Shown: positions 23,226 to 34,056, counted from the stretch's first letter. The stretch is 64,000 nucleotides of DNA from Penicillus capitatus (GCA_965649825.1 OZ287698.1:1131949-1195948), one strand, 5' to 3'. Notes: generated by a model from the sequence alone, not told the origin. Numbers and translations are program-made.

Positions 23226-25481
23226 ATGTGCGAGGCCGTATCCTCGTCGACGTCGAAGTACAAAAGACGGGCGCTGTCCGTCGAGACGCAGTTTGAACGC
23301 CTTCAGGCTCAATGGAAAAACGGACAGTCGGGTACGGGCGCCTGGTTCTGGCGACATTTCAAACCGGTGTTGTTGACGGTGCACGAAGGAGCTAAGGAAC
23401 TCCAGCTGCAGTGCCAGCATTGCTCGAAGCTCTTCTCGGCACGCAATCCGAGTCGAACCTCGCTAGAGCACCTCAAAAGCGGCGCGTGTGTCGCTTTTCG
23501 ACGAACAGCGGCTTATGAAGAGGTGAAAGCGGCTGCGCGCTCATCAACAACGGGCAAGAGAAATCGGAAACATGCACGAGTGACGCCACATACAGATGCG
23601 ACGCCGCTCAGTGGGGAGGGACGCGCGTCAACGGTCGAGCGAGGATCGCTGGAGACGACAGATATCCTCATCGGCTTCTTTTTGGAATCTGGAGTGCCTG
23701 CGTCGCTTGCAGAACATCCACGAATGGCTGAACTCTGTCAACTGATCGGAGCGCCACGCTTGGAACCGAGACAGATACTCTCTGCCTATCTGGACGCGCG
23801 ATTTAACAAAGTGGTGGAGGAGAACGAAGCGCGTATGCGAAAGGCAGGACTGTACCAGATTGCAGCACAAGGAAGTCGATCCGAGACGCTCTGCATCACG
23901 CTCAATTTCGCCGAGGGACCACCTGCGTTTCTCAGATGGGTTGACCGGAGGGAAGGGAGAACAGGTCTCGCCGGTGCCTTGACATCTGCCATAGAGGAAC
24001 TGGACGTCGTTGTCGACAGACGGAATTGCATTGGATGGATTGCAGATGTCGAGCCATCTGACAAAGCATCCCTCAGCGTGGCCGAAGAAACCTATCCCTG
24101 GATGGTGCACATGACATGCCAGATGCACGCACTGCGATCACTGATAACCGACCTAATCGAGCAGGCCAAAGTGGTGGGAGAAACGGTGGAGATGTCGCAG
24201 AGAATTGTACGGTTCTTTGCAGCTAATGCCGCGGCGATGGTGGCGCTGAGGACCAGATTTCCTGAGGCTTTGTTGAGAGAGATGGCATCTCTGCATCCCG
24301 TCGTGTCGGCAGCAGAGGCATTGGAGAGTGTATGGACGCACCGTACGCCGCTGCAGGCTGTCTGTGCCGAAGAACCAATTGCATCGGACGAAGCGGGTTC
24401 CGTTGTCGTTGCCTGTCTCGATGTGCATTTCTGGGAATGCGCTGGAGCTGTCCAGTCTCTTCTGACGCGCATCGTTGCAACGCTGCGAGATATGAAGGTA
24501 TCTCAGCCACATCTGTCTCAGGCAATGGACATTTGGATGGCGATGGAGAGGCATTTTGCAGACTGGTGCCGTCGGAATGGTGATATCTCTGCCGGAGTGA
24601 TGGACATCTTTGAAAAGCGCTTCCGCGAGAGCTACCATCCTGCCATGGCAGCTGCCTTTCTCCTGGATCCAGGATTTTGCGCCAGGAGAGACGACGGTAC
24701 TTTTGCCCCTGACTGGGAGGCACTGACGCCAGAACAGCAATCTGATGTCTCCGTCGTACTGAAGAGAGTTTCCGCACCGAACCGCGGGACCAAGATCGCC
24801 AGTGAACTTGCTCGTTGGAAAAGCGAGGGGTTGCTGGCCGAGTACGGAAGCGTGGTATCCGACAGAGCGCCAGCTGGCGACAGCTGTCTCTGCAGATGTG
24901 TGCCTATGGCATTGAGAAAGACGATCTGGACGTCATGTCTCAAGGAGCTGGAGGCATTGAGCATGGCAGCCCATCGCCTGTTAGCACTCAGGGCGACAGC
25001 CATCGGACCACTTGGAACGGCAAACATATCCAGCGTCTCTAGTCGAGCGCATGAAAAGCTCCTTTACCTGCAAAACAACTCCCGGCTTTCGAACGGCAGG
25101 TTCGAGGAAGAGCGGCTTTTGGACCTGGATATCATTGCCGAGCTCGCAGCGTCGCCCGATGATAAGTCACCGAATCGCAAAGAGCCAATGGACGACAGCG
25201 AGGCCCCGAAGCACGAGATCGAAGCTGGATCACATCTCTACATGCATCAGCTGCAGCTGAGCACGCCGCCGCCTCCAGTACTTCGTATGACGCCTCCACC
25301 TCTGGGGACAATGCCTGAGCTGCCGCTGCACTTGCCGATGTCAACGACCTTCGCCGTTGTACCTGCAACACCGAAACCAGAAGAGACGCAGTTCTTTCCT
25401 GATTCACAGACAAACGACCAGGATCCACGATCGGAGGGCTTTGACAGCACAGAAGGCGCTGTTGGCGACAAACGCCCCTAG
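23226..25481 (+). CDS. Intronless domesticated hAT-transposase-derived protein (BED-like Zn finger + DUF659-like)
   Basis: GAWFWRHFKP...LQCQHCSKLFSARNPSRTSLEHLKSGAC, CQMH motif and YHPAMAAAFLLDP match the plant At1g12380-like family as I recall it. No TIRs seen. Confidence 0.8.
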   Translation: MCEAVSSSTSKYKRRALSVETQFERLQAQWKNGQSGTGAWFWRHFKPVLLTVHEGAKELQLQCQHCSKLFSARNPSRTSLEHLKSGACVAFRRTAAYEEVKAAARSSTTGKRNRKHARVTPHTDATPLSGEGRASTVERGSLETTDILIGFFLESGVPASLAEHPRMAELCQLIGAPRLEPRQILSAYLDARFNKVVEENEARMRKAGLYQIAAQGSRSETLCITLNFAEGPPAFLRWVDRREGRTGLAGALTSAIEELDVVVDRRNCIGWIADVEPSDKASLSVAEETYPWMVHMTCQMHALRSLITDLIEQAKVVGETVEMSQRIVRFFAANAAAMVALRTRFPEALLREMASLHPVVSAAEALESVWTHRTPLQAVCAEEPIASDEAGSVVVACLDVHFWECAGAVQSLLTRIVATLRDMKVSQPHLSQAMDIWMAMERHFADWCRRNGDISAGVMDIFEKRFRESYHPAMAAAFLLDPGFCARRDDGTFAPDWEALTPEQQSDVSVVLKRVSAPNRGTKIASELARWKSEGLLAEYGSVVSDRAPAGDSCLCRCVPMALRKTIWTSCLKELEALSMAAHRLLALRATAIGPLGTANISSVSSRAHEKLLYLQNNSRLSNGRFEEERLLDLDIIAELAASPDDKSPNRKEPMDDSEAPKHEIEAGSHLYMHQLQLSTPPPPVLRMTPPPLGTMPELPLHLPMSTTFAVVPATPKPEETQFFPDSQTNDQDPRSEGFDSTEGAVGDKRP

Positions 25482-25674
25482 CCGGTACGAGCATGGTACG
25501 AGCTCTAAATTTTGATTTGACGTCTCTGATAGCCCTCTCCTTTTCACTGCTTTCCGTTTCTCTGTTATTCGCAGAACGATTTCTGTGCTGTTCCACGGCC
25601 AAAGCGTCTAGACAACTGTTCAATCTTGTTGTCTAATCAATTGAATATCGTGTGTTCTCCATCGGCGTTTCGCG

Positions 25675-27317
25675 ATGCCGCACGAAAGCCATTCGAATGC
25701 CATTCTTGCGCGACGTGCGCAAAAAGATCCGTCCGTTGAAGCTCCTTACTATATCCGTTTGTATTTTGAGGCCCAAGACAACCTCTGGTACCTACCTACC
25801 TCTGATGCATGCATCCATCCCTTAGATAACGTTGATCGGCATGGACAGGTCTGCCAAGAATCCTCAAGGGAATGTTGTTATGAGTGTCGCGGAGAATAAG
25901 CTTACCGTCGATCTTCTTCAGGCAACAATGGATCCGTGAACAGTCTTGACGATCGCGGTTTGCAAATATGTTCGCAGGCGAAACTTGAAGCGACGGCCGA
26001 GTTTCCGGAACCTGTCTTCGGCTACGGCGATCCGAGCGGTGACATGCGGCTGAAGAAAGCGATGGTCAATCTTCTGCATTCGACTTTTCTGCATGTAAGG
26101 CCAATGTATGTCCTGTCTTTTCAAAAGAGTGAGAAATGACAGGACTGTACATTGGATCCTGCAAACATTTTTATCACTGGAGGAGCGTCCTGTCTCCTCG
26201 AATCCCTTTTCTTCTCCATTCTGGACGAAGGAGATGGTGTTCTGATTCCTGCTCCCTACTACGCCAGCTATCGTTTTGACATGGGAGTTAATCCTCTCCT
26301 CACTTTGTCAAGATCATCTAACTCTGCATCTACAGTTTCGAGCTGGAGGTAAAGTGGTTGCTGTGTATTTGGATAGAGAGGGAGATCTGGTGCAGCAGCT
26401 CACAGAAGCAAAGGTAAAGAGTGAGAATGGAGGCGTTCCGATTCGAGCGTTGATCATCACGAATCCAGACAACCCAACCGGAACACTCCTGCCTGCATCT
26501 ACGCTAACCGCCGTTGCCACCTGGTGTGCCGATCAAGAACTCCACCTCATCACGTAGCACACGAGCTACCATATTGTTCGATCATTCGAAACCGCGGTCT
26601 GTTTTATCAGAAATGAGATCTACGGCAATTCTATCTACAAAGATGCGCCCGTTCCTTTTGCGAGCCTGTACAGCATTGGCAGGAGTCTGGAGAGGGAGGA
26701 ACTGAAAGAGAGACTGCACTTGATCTATGGTCTCTCCAAAGATTTCTGCGCATCTGGCGTCAGAATCGGCATTCTCTACACCGAATCGCAATCGGTGCTG
26801 GAACGTGTGCGAACTCCTGCCATTCTGACGGCAGCATCGTTTCCGACGCAACACCTCATGGCCAGCATCTTCCAAGACACATCGTTCGTCGATGCTTTTA
26901 TCAAGGAAAACAAGAAACGTCTGCGACACAATTATGAGACACTGACAGGTCATGATCTCACACTTTTTATGAATGTCTCACTCTTTTTGTGCCGATCTAG
27001 CCGTCTTGAATGATGCCGAGATTCCATTTGGTGCGCCTCAGGGAGGGATCTTTCTCATGGTCGATCTACGCCGCGCCCTCAACTCTCCAAACTTTGAAGG
27101 TGAAGAGGAGCTTGCCTATGATCTTGCCAAGAAAGGCGTCTTCCTCACTCCAGGTCTCGCTCTTCTACCTCGTTCTCTCCATTCACTTCGTGTCGATGTG
27201 ACAGGCAAAGACTGTCGTTGCCAACTTCCCGGTTTCTTCCGTGTCTGCTTCGCGACCGTCTCATCCGACGCCCTACGCGCCGCCGTACATCGCATCGCGG
27301 ACTTCATGCGAAGTTGA
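25675..27317 (+). CDS. ACC-synthase-like PLP-dependent aminotransferase (class I/II); GC-AG intron at 25922-25977
   Basis: NPQGNVVMSVAENKL, LIPAPYY, IITNPDNPTG, NEIYG and YGLSKDFCASGVRIG (PLP-binding lysine). Confidence 0.9.
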
Positions 27318-27473
27318 GGCTGGATGTGACAGCGATGGTGGGGGTAGTGTACGCCGTGAAAATTCTCGTGGACTCTATTCCGTTAACCGACGCGACTATA
27401 CAAACGCTCGTCTGCATCGGGTCGGTTTTCGACGCTCCGACGTTATATCGTCGTATTTTCTCAACGCCTAACC

Positions 27474-29000
27474 ATGAGTCATCGTTGGGACGTACACGAG
27501 CTTGACTGTCTGCAAGACCACCCTCGCTACAAAAAAGTAACTTCGACGCCGAGGCATTGTTCACGACGTGTCTCATAACCGAGGTCGTTAGATACGCGAT
27601 TTGAACCAAGGGACATTCGGCTTCGTTCAACTCGCTTGGGACACAAAATGCAAGCCGCCTCAACAAGTGGCTGTGAAGTTTATGGAACGCGGAGACAAGG
27701 TGCGTTGCGTGGCTGGCTGCGCACAGAAGGGAAAACGCCCGTCGGTGTATCCATCTGCTGTAGGTGACGAAATACGTCGAGGCCGAAATTCTCAACCATC
27801 GAATGCTGCTCCATCCACACATTGTGCAGTTTCGTGAGGTCTTCTTGACGAGGAAATATCTCTGTATCGTCATGGAGTATGCCCCCGGTGGTGACATGTT
27901 TGAATATGTGGTCCGCAAGAATGGCCTGAAAGAAGACGAGGCCAGATGGTTCTTTCAACAGCTCATTGTGGCGATCGATTACTGCCATCGCATGAGAGTG
28001 GCCAACAGGGACATTAAACTGGAGAATACGTTACTCGACGGCAGCATTCGGCCTTTGCTGAAGATCTGTGATTTTGGATACTCCAAGGTAAGATGCAAGA
28101 GTTCTCTATGAGAGCGATGCTCCCCTACCATGCCACTGTTGTTCAAAAGAGCGAGATCTGGCAATCCATTGCCAAATCCAAAGTCGGAACGCCGACGTAT
28201 TTGGCGCCGGAAGTGATCGAATGTGATACCTACGATCCAACGGTAGGGATGGGATGATGGGTGATGCACAAGGCAGGCAGGCAGGCGGTGGGGAGCATTG
28301 CCTTTTTGGATTGTTATCGTTGTATTGACATTGGTTTCTCTTTCAGAATGAGAAGTATCAGTCCGCTCCAGGTTCACGCGTGGGGACACCAGCTTACTTG
28401 GCACCCGAGGTGATCTTGACAACATCGGGAAAGACGTATGACGGAAAGGTAGATCTCGAAGTAGAGAGAGCAAGCAATGATTCCTGCCTGCCTTGTGCTT
28501 GCCTGTCACTGTCATCTTTTGTTTGGTATTAATAAAGCGATGGCGTGCAGATTGCGGATATCTGGTCATGTGGTGTTATGTTGTATGTCATGTTGGTCGG
28601 TTCCTATCCATTCGAACGACCCGAGGACAAACATGACGATGCCAAACTGCAGAAGATGATTCAAAGAATTCTGAGAGTGGATTATAGCTTCCCTTCGCAC
28701 ATTCGCGTCTCCAATGACCTCCTCGACCTGCTCATGAAGATTCTGGTCCGTGATCCGCAGCACAGAATTACGATCGAAGAGATTCAGAACCATCGCTGGT
28801 ATTGCAAGAATCTCCCTCCTGGAGTCAAGGAGATGAATTCGAATCTGGTCATTCCGCACGAAGGATTGCAGACGCTGAAAGAAATCGAAAACATTGTGCA
28901 GGAAGCGAGAAAATATCCAGATGCGCCGAAGAATGACGCAGAAGATTTGGATAGTTATCTAGATGTCGCTCTGAATGAACCGGACGATTATCGACCCTGA
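27474..29000 (+). CDS. SnRK2: SnRK2 (OST1-like) Ser/Thr kinase with two alternative activation-segment exons
   Basis: [78 protein letters not shown] and an acidic C-terminal tail. Confidence 0.95.
28150..28242 (+). other. SnRK2 alternative exon A (31 aa: [31 protein letters not shown])
   Basis: AG at 28148-28149, GT at 28243-28244, phase 0 at both ends, 93 nt; encodes an activation loop and APE motif. Confidence 0.85.
28255..28508 (+). repeat. Intronic inverted repeat enclosing SnRK2 exon B
   Basis: 28266-28281 gcacaaggcaggcagg is the exact reverse complement of 28483-28498 cctgcctgccttgtgc. It extends by 10 bp (WC+GU) via 28255-28264 with 28499-28508. Confidence 0.9.
28347..28448 (+). other. 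SnRK2 alternative exon B (34 aa: [34 protein letters not shown])
   Basis: tttcag acceptor at 28341-28346, GT at 28449-28450, phase 0 at both ends, 102 nt; encodes an activation loop and APE motif. Confidence 0.9.
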
Positions 29001-29125
29001 ATCGTTACACAATCCTTATTGTGGACAAAGATTGGACACTCTGATCGCATTGTACTGTCCGTCTGTATGGCGCCGTCTTTGATTCTTTGGCTGAAAGTGA
29101 AGTCAGAGTGTGTATATACATCCAG

Positions 29126-29617
29126 TTAGATAGAATAGATGAAGAAAACCAACAGAAGTGTGAAAAGAGTGAGAATGGTGATGGATGGGGAATGGGGTAG
29201 AATTCCATTGGCCGATACATAATGATCTTTGCTGACATCAAAGACGTCGCATTCCACAAATTTCAGCCCTTTGGCTGCATCGCTGTGCAACAGGTCTTCG
29301 AGTTCATCTCGGTGTAGGTGGATAGAAATGGCAGGGATGAGATCCAGCCTAGTCACACTATGCACACAACATCATCACACTCCACGTGGCAAGCGGCTGA
29401 ATGGATCGCACTTGGGATGACTCAACAATAGATGTATGGTATCAACTGCATTGTCTCTGTTCTTGCGAGAAGTGTAGAAAAAGATATAGGCATCGTCGTC
29501 TGGTGCGTCACTGACGGGATGCTCTTTCCCATGACAGTGGTAATGCCGTTTGGTGTTGGCAGCTAAACATGCGTGGCAGGAAAGGAACCACAATGCAACG
29601 AAAAGGGACGAAGGCAT
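29126..29617 (-). CDS. Small secreted, possibly GPI-anchored protein with a peptidase-inhibitor-I9-like domain (1 intron)
   Basis: Signal peptide MPSSLFVALWFLSCHACLA; core AYIFF...LDLIPAISIHLHRDELEDLL...KFVECD; hydrophobic tail ITILTLFTLLLVFFIYSI. Confidence 0.55.
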
Positions 29618-29805
29618 GCTTGCAACGCACAATTCATTTACAACAGATTTGAACATGATAGCGCAGAATCATCCGTACAGACGTTGGCACACCTTGGCAG
29701 GCCTTAATGGACAAGTTGGTTATGCAAAGAGATGATGTGACGGACAAGACAGTGAGATGAACCGACGGGGTGATCCGCAAAACGATCCGAACGAGGCATT
29801 TCATC

Positions 29806-30868
29806 ATGCGAGGACGATTCTGCCAGGCACTCGGATGCACGTGGCAGCGGCTGCAGAGCTCTTCTGAGAATCCGTATCACACAAGTCTTTTGAAGAGGCT
29901 CTTTTCAGCAGAGGCGGCTGATACCATGGCCTCTTCGAGTCTTTCATCGAGTGACGGGTCGATCCGGCGAACTTACAAATCCGTCGATGTCCAGCCACAC
30001 CCAGATCAAGTGCGAGACAATCGGACACAATGGAGCCATATGCTACAGGATATATATATGCAGATAGGATTTCATGTTCTGCTGGATAAGAGACCGTTGA
30101 GAACGCCTGGCACCAAACCTCTTCTCATTCCTTCTCATCCTCTCGCTTTAGCCATCGGAGCAGAGTGGGAATGGCAAGTGAGAGAACAGGATACTCGATC
30201 GAGTCTTTCGGCCATGGAGACGTCTTTTCCAGAGCGCAAGGAAAGTGCATCCGGCCACGATGCCGCTCATGACCCTCGCCGCCACTGCGATTGACGAAGT
30301 AACGCTCCTTTCGTCGCAGTCGGTCGCGTATCCCGATGGCATGTACAGCCGAAGCCTCGTGTCTTTATGATCGAAGAAATGGAGAGCTATGTGCATTCAG
30401 ATCCCGTCCTCTCTCGTGGCAAAGATGCCGAACTCAGACGCATACAGGACAAAGTAGTGAACCGCTCGATGAGGATGTTTGAATACTATGGGCATCTAGG
30501 TGTTCTATCCTCTGCAATCGTGGGCCGAATCCTTCTTCAGTGTCCGTTTCCAGATCTCAGATACCATCAAGGGCACAGAGCAGGCGCCTCCGACGGTGGA
30601 GCGCGTGAGGCAGTACTTAGGCAGCTTGGATCGTTGGAAGCTCATTTCCTTGCATTCCATGGTCCTGGATTGCAAATCTCTCCTCGTCGGCACGGCGCTG
30701 TTTAACGAGCACATCTCTGTTGGCGATGCTTTGGCGGCGTCGCGTGTGGAAGAGGAGACGCAGGCAGAAGAGTGGGGATATGTCGAAGGAGGACATGACA
30801 TCGATCATTCGACCATCTACATGAAACTGTTGGCAGCATCTGTCTTTCTTAAACTGCTTCGGAAGTAA
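29806..30868 (+). CDS. ATP12: Mitochondrial F1-ATPase assembly factor ATP12
   Basis: VLLDKRPLRTPG, LALAIGAEWEWQ, TMPLMTLAATAID and SRVEEETQAEEWGYVEGGHDID. Confidence 0.93.
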
Positions 30869-30883
30869 CACTGTTCTGTGCCC

Positions 30884-31565
30884 TCACTCATCTTCATCGT
30901 CTAACACGTTTCTCCGTCTCTGAAATGTCACCTTACTCGATCGGCTGCCAGAATGTTCATTGATCTGCTCCAGAATATGGATCAGTTGCTCCTCAGAAAT
31001 CTAATTGGACAGTTCTCGCAAGGTCGGGTAGACAATCGTCAAGGGCTGGTCATACTTTGGCAGCCATGCGTCCACCGGTGGCTTGTGCCAGTATCATATC
31101 TTCGACTTGACGTGCTTTCTCTGGCTTTACCAAACTGATACGCGACACTGTACATCACACACTTCTCTGTCTTCATCTAATCCCAATGGCAGTACATCTC
31201 TCTTTGGCTTCTGGCTGAAGCACTTGTCTCAGAAGTGCCTGTCGTCGGTCGCTTGCCTCCCTAGAACAGAGAGATCCAACACTTCCACGTTTTTATGATG
31301 CATCCATTTTTGTGCCTCTTCGCTTCTTCTTGTTGTTGCATTTGCTCAGGCGATATCCCTTCCCCTCGCTCACCCTACTCCATCACAGTTCAGTTGGGAT
31401 CGATCGTCCCACATCATCCAGCAGTCATGCCCACGGACCGTCAAGCCTTGCTGCGCCATCAGCTGTTGCAGACGTTTCTGACGGAGTGCCTCGAGTTCCG
31501 GGTCGTCATGATTCTGCTCGTTAGTGCACTTACGCAGGAGCATCGTAGTCTGATAGGCTTACCAT
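30884..31565 (-). CDS. PDCD5: Programmed cell death 5 / dsDNA-binding protein (6 exons; missed by the ORF track)
   Basis: Spliced product M|NHDDPELEALRQKRLQQLMAQQG...EEAKR|EASDRRQALLRQVLQPEAKER|LSRISLVKPEKARQVEDMIL...|ISEEQLIHILEQIN...KVTFQRRRNVLDDEDE. Confidence 0.93.
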
Positions 31566-31612
31566 TGCGTTCGTCTGCCAAATGCAAATCGTCTAAACGT
31601 GCGTACGCCAAG

Positions 31613-32505
31613 ATGGATTTGCTTCCCAATGTCATCTCCGAGCTCAAAGCCGGTCGCCTGCCAAGCGCCGAGCTCCTTATCCTCGTCGCGACTCGAGTGA
31701 GCACTCCATTCTCCCCCATTCCCTCGGCGATTTTTACTGTACAGTTGGTTGGCTATGCAATGACATTTGCCGCATTCTTTGTCAAACTGCCTCAAGTTTT
31801 GCTTTCTGCTGTCTGGATGCAGCAGGAAACTGCGTTTGCAGATCCTTAAGATTGTGAAGAACAAGACGGTGCGTGGACTCAGTTTGCCGTCGTTTGAATT
31901 AGACGTGGCTCTCTGTGTGATCCATACGCTGTATTGCTATTCAACCGCTTTGCCATTCAGTGCCTACGGTGATGCCGTGGCCTCTCTGATCCAGAACACC
32001 ATTCTCTTAATACTGGTCTATTACTACGGCAAAATCTCATATGCACGTCGGCTAGCTGTGAGCACCATCCTCATATCTTTCATCCTCTGTGCCTACAACG
32101 GTCTGCTTCCTGTGTCTTTTTTCCGAGAAAAGGACGAAGCTGTAGGGGCCTTGAGCATGGAACTCATTACGCAGGCATTTCTGATGAATCAGGTGATCTT
32201 TATTGTGTCGAGGGGTATGCAGATCACCAAGACATGGAGAGAGAAAGATGCGAGTCAACTAAGCATCAGCACTTATGGCCTCATTCAACTGGGCAAGACG
32301 ATTCGTATCTTTACCACCATCAAAGAAGGAGCTACAATGCACCTCATAGGAGCCAGTATTTTAGGTCACACTTTCAAGCGGAAGCTGCCGAGAAGTTGCA
32401 TGGTTTGCATGTCTAGGCGCTGGAATGAACTCCATTACGGTGTATCAGATCCTCTACTATGGCCCGAAGATCAAGGTGGCCGAGAAAAAAGCGAAAAAAG
32501 CGTGA
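31613..32505 (+). CDS. MPDU1: Mannose-P-dolichol utilization defect 1-like PQ-loop protein
   Basis: FVKLPQILKIVKNKTVRGLS, LPFSAYGD, GKTIRIFTTIKE and a C-terminal dilysine tail KKAKKA. Confidence 0.88.
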
Positions 32506-32611
32506 GGCCATACAATGCATCTATCTATTGCTTGATATTGAAGGCGGTCATTAATTGGATGGGACGACCGTACAATTCGTTGTTCGTTTCTGTTTAACGG
32601 TTCTTTTTCAA

Positions 32612-33869
32612 ATGCCCGATTCCGATGCGTCATCGCGCCAGGTGGACGCCTATCTTGCCGTTCTCCGTGCTTTCCAGGCGACGGGCTGTTCAAACTGGGT
32701 GCGTCTGTTTATTCGCGTTTCGAATGCGTGCCGTGCGATGCAGCCAACTGTAGGGGCATCGACAACTTCTTCGAGAATTGCAAGAGAAACTCAATATCTC
32801 ACCCGATACACATATCGTGCGTGCATCGACAGCAACCAATCCCCAGTTGCCACTCGAAGGCGACTCTGTTCGTAGGAATCTCTAAGAAGTGTTCTCAGAG
32901 AACAGGAGAATCCAGCAACAACAAGCAAAGAACCGTCTGTGTTCTTTTTCTCAGCTTGACGATTGATTCCCTTTTTTCAGAAAAAGAACACGAGATCCCA
33001 GCCACACTTCCACGGATAAGATTAAATCGCCGCCGACGGTAAAACAGTCGGTCCACGGCGAGCAGAGTAGTAAAAGGAAAGAAGTGTTAAAAAAAGAAGT
33101 GGCTGTGGAGCCCAAGAAACCAAAGCATGTTGCAACGTACGCACAAGCAAAGACCAATAGACAGACGGAACACAAGATGTGGATGTCCAGATCCAAGAAT
33201 GTTCAGGAAGAGGACAGAAGCAATTCCAGGCATCATCAGCATCACCCTTCCAAACAAGAACGGTATGTCACGCGGAAATAATGGATCTGCTTTGTTGCTA
33301 CGCTAGATCACCACAGGTCGAATGGCGTTGCCAAGAAATGGCAGGTGCCGAGAGACGTGTGTTATCTGCGACTGACACCCGAGCTGTTGCATGGGTTTGA
33401 CGATTGCGGTTTGCCGCATCTTTACGGCCAAGTGCTGGAGTCTTACTGGGAGGAATCAAAGGGCGAAGGAGATGGTCGATGGTATGCCGTTATCGTATCT
33501 GATTACAGTTCGGCAAGAAAGGAGCATAAATTAATATACGATTGCGGCTCAACAGACGAGACATTTGAATGGGTGTCTCTAGATGTCGAAATCGAAAAGG
33601 GCAATATCAGAGCACCAGATACTGCACCTCCCTCTTTTCACACCGGCAGGACGCCACGCTGTGGAGAGCCGCCGTTTGAAGAGAACTGCTTTGAAAGAAT
33701 GCTGAGGGAAGGAAGCCGAGACGAGCTATGCTGGATGCTCTCGCATGTTCAAAGAAAAATACATAGCATATGCTCAGAAATGAAACTTGCAAAGAACCCC
33801 ACGTCTCAAGGTCACATCTCCCATTTCCCAGTAGTGCGTGATAATTCTAAGGATGGTCAGATGAGGTGA
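32612..33869 (+). CDS. EMSY-like protein (ENT domain + plant Tudor/Agenet)
   Basis: DAYLAVLRAF...NW|GHRQLLRELQEKLNISPDTH (ENT); GQVLESYWEE...WYAVIVSDY...HKLIYDCGSTDETFEWV (Tudor). Confidence 0.8.
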
Positions 33870-34056
33870 TAATTCAGAAGATTGTACGGCGAAGTCATTT
33901 GATCATGCGGCAGAAGAATAGGAGAAAACTTCCACTCGTGTAAATCCTTCCCGACAAAACGCCGCATCGCCCATACTGACAACATCACAACGCGATTATC
34001 ATCATCATCATCATTATCAACTACTACGATTACGATCTTTGGACTATCCTCGGTGT

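Noticed and set aside
28150-28242. Exon A as a dead pseudo-exon
   Set aside because: It has intact AG/GT sites, phase 0/0, no stops and conserved S-x-V-G-T-P-x-Y-L-A-P-E-V despite heavy synonymous and flank divergence from exon B. That argues for selection, pending transcript proof.
31295-31612. Plus-strand ORF extension upstream of MPDU1 (LLRHQLLQTFLTECLEF)
   Set aside because: It is the reverse complement of PDCD5 exon 2 (ELEALRQKRLQQLMAQQ).
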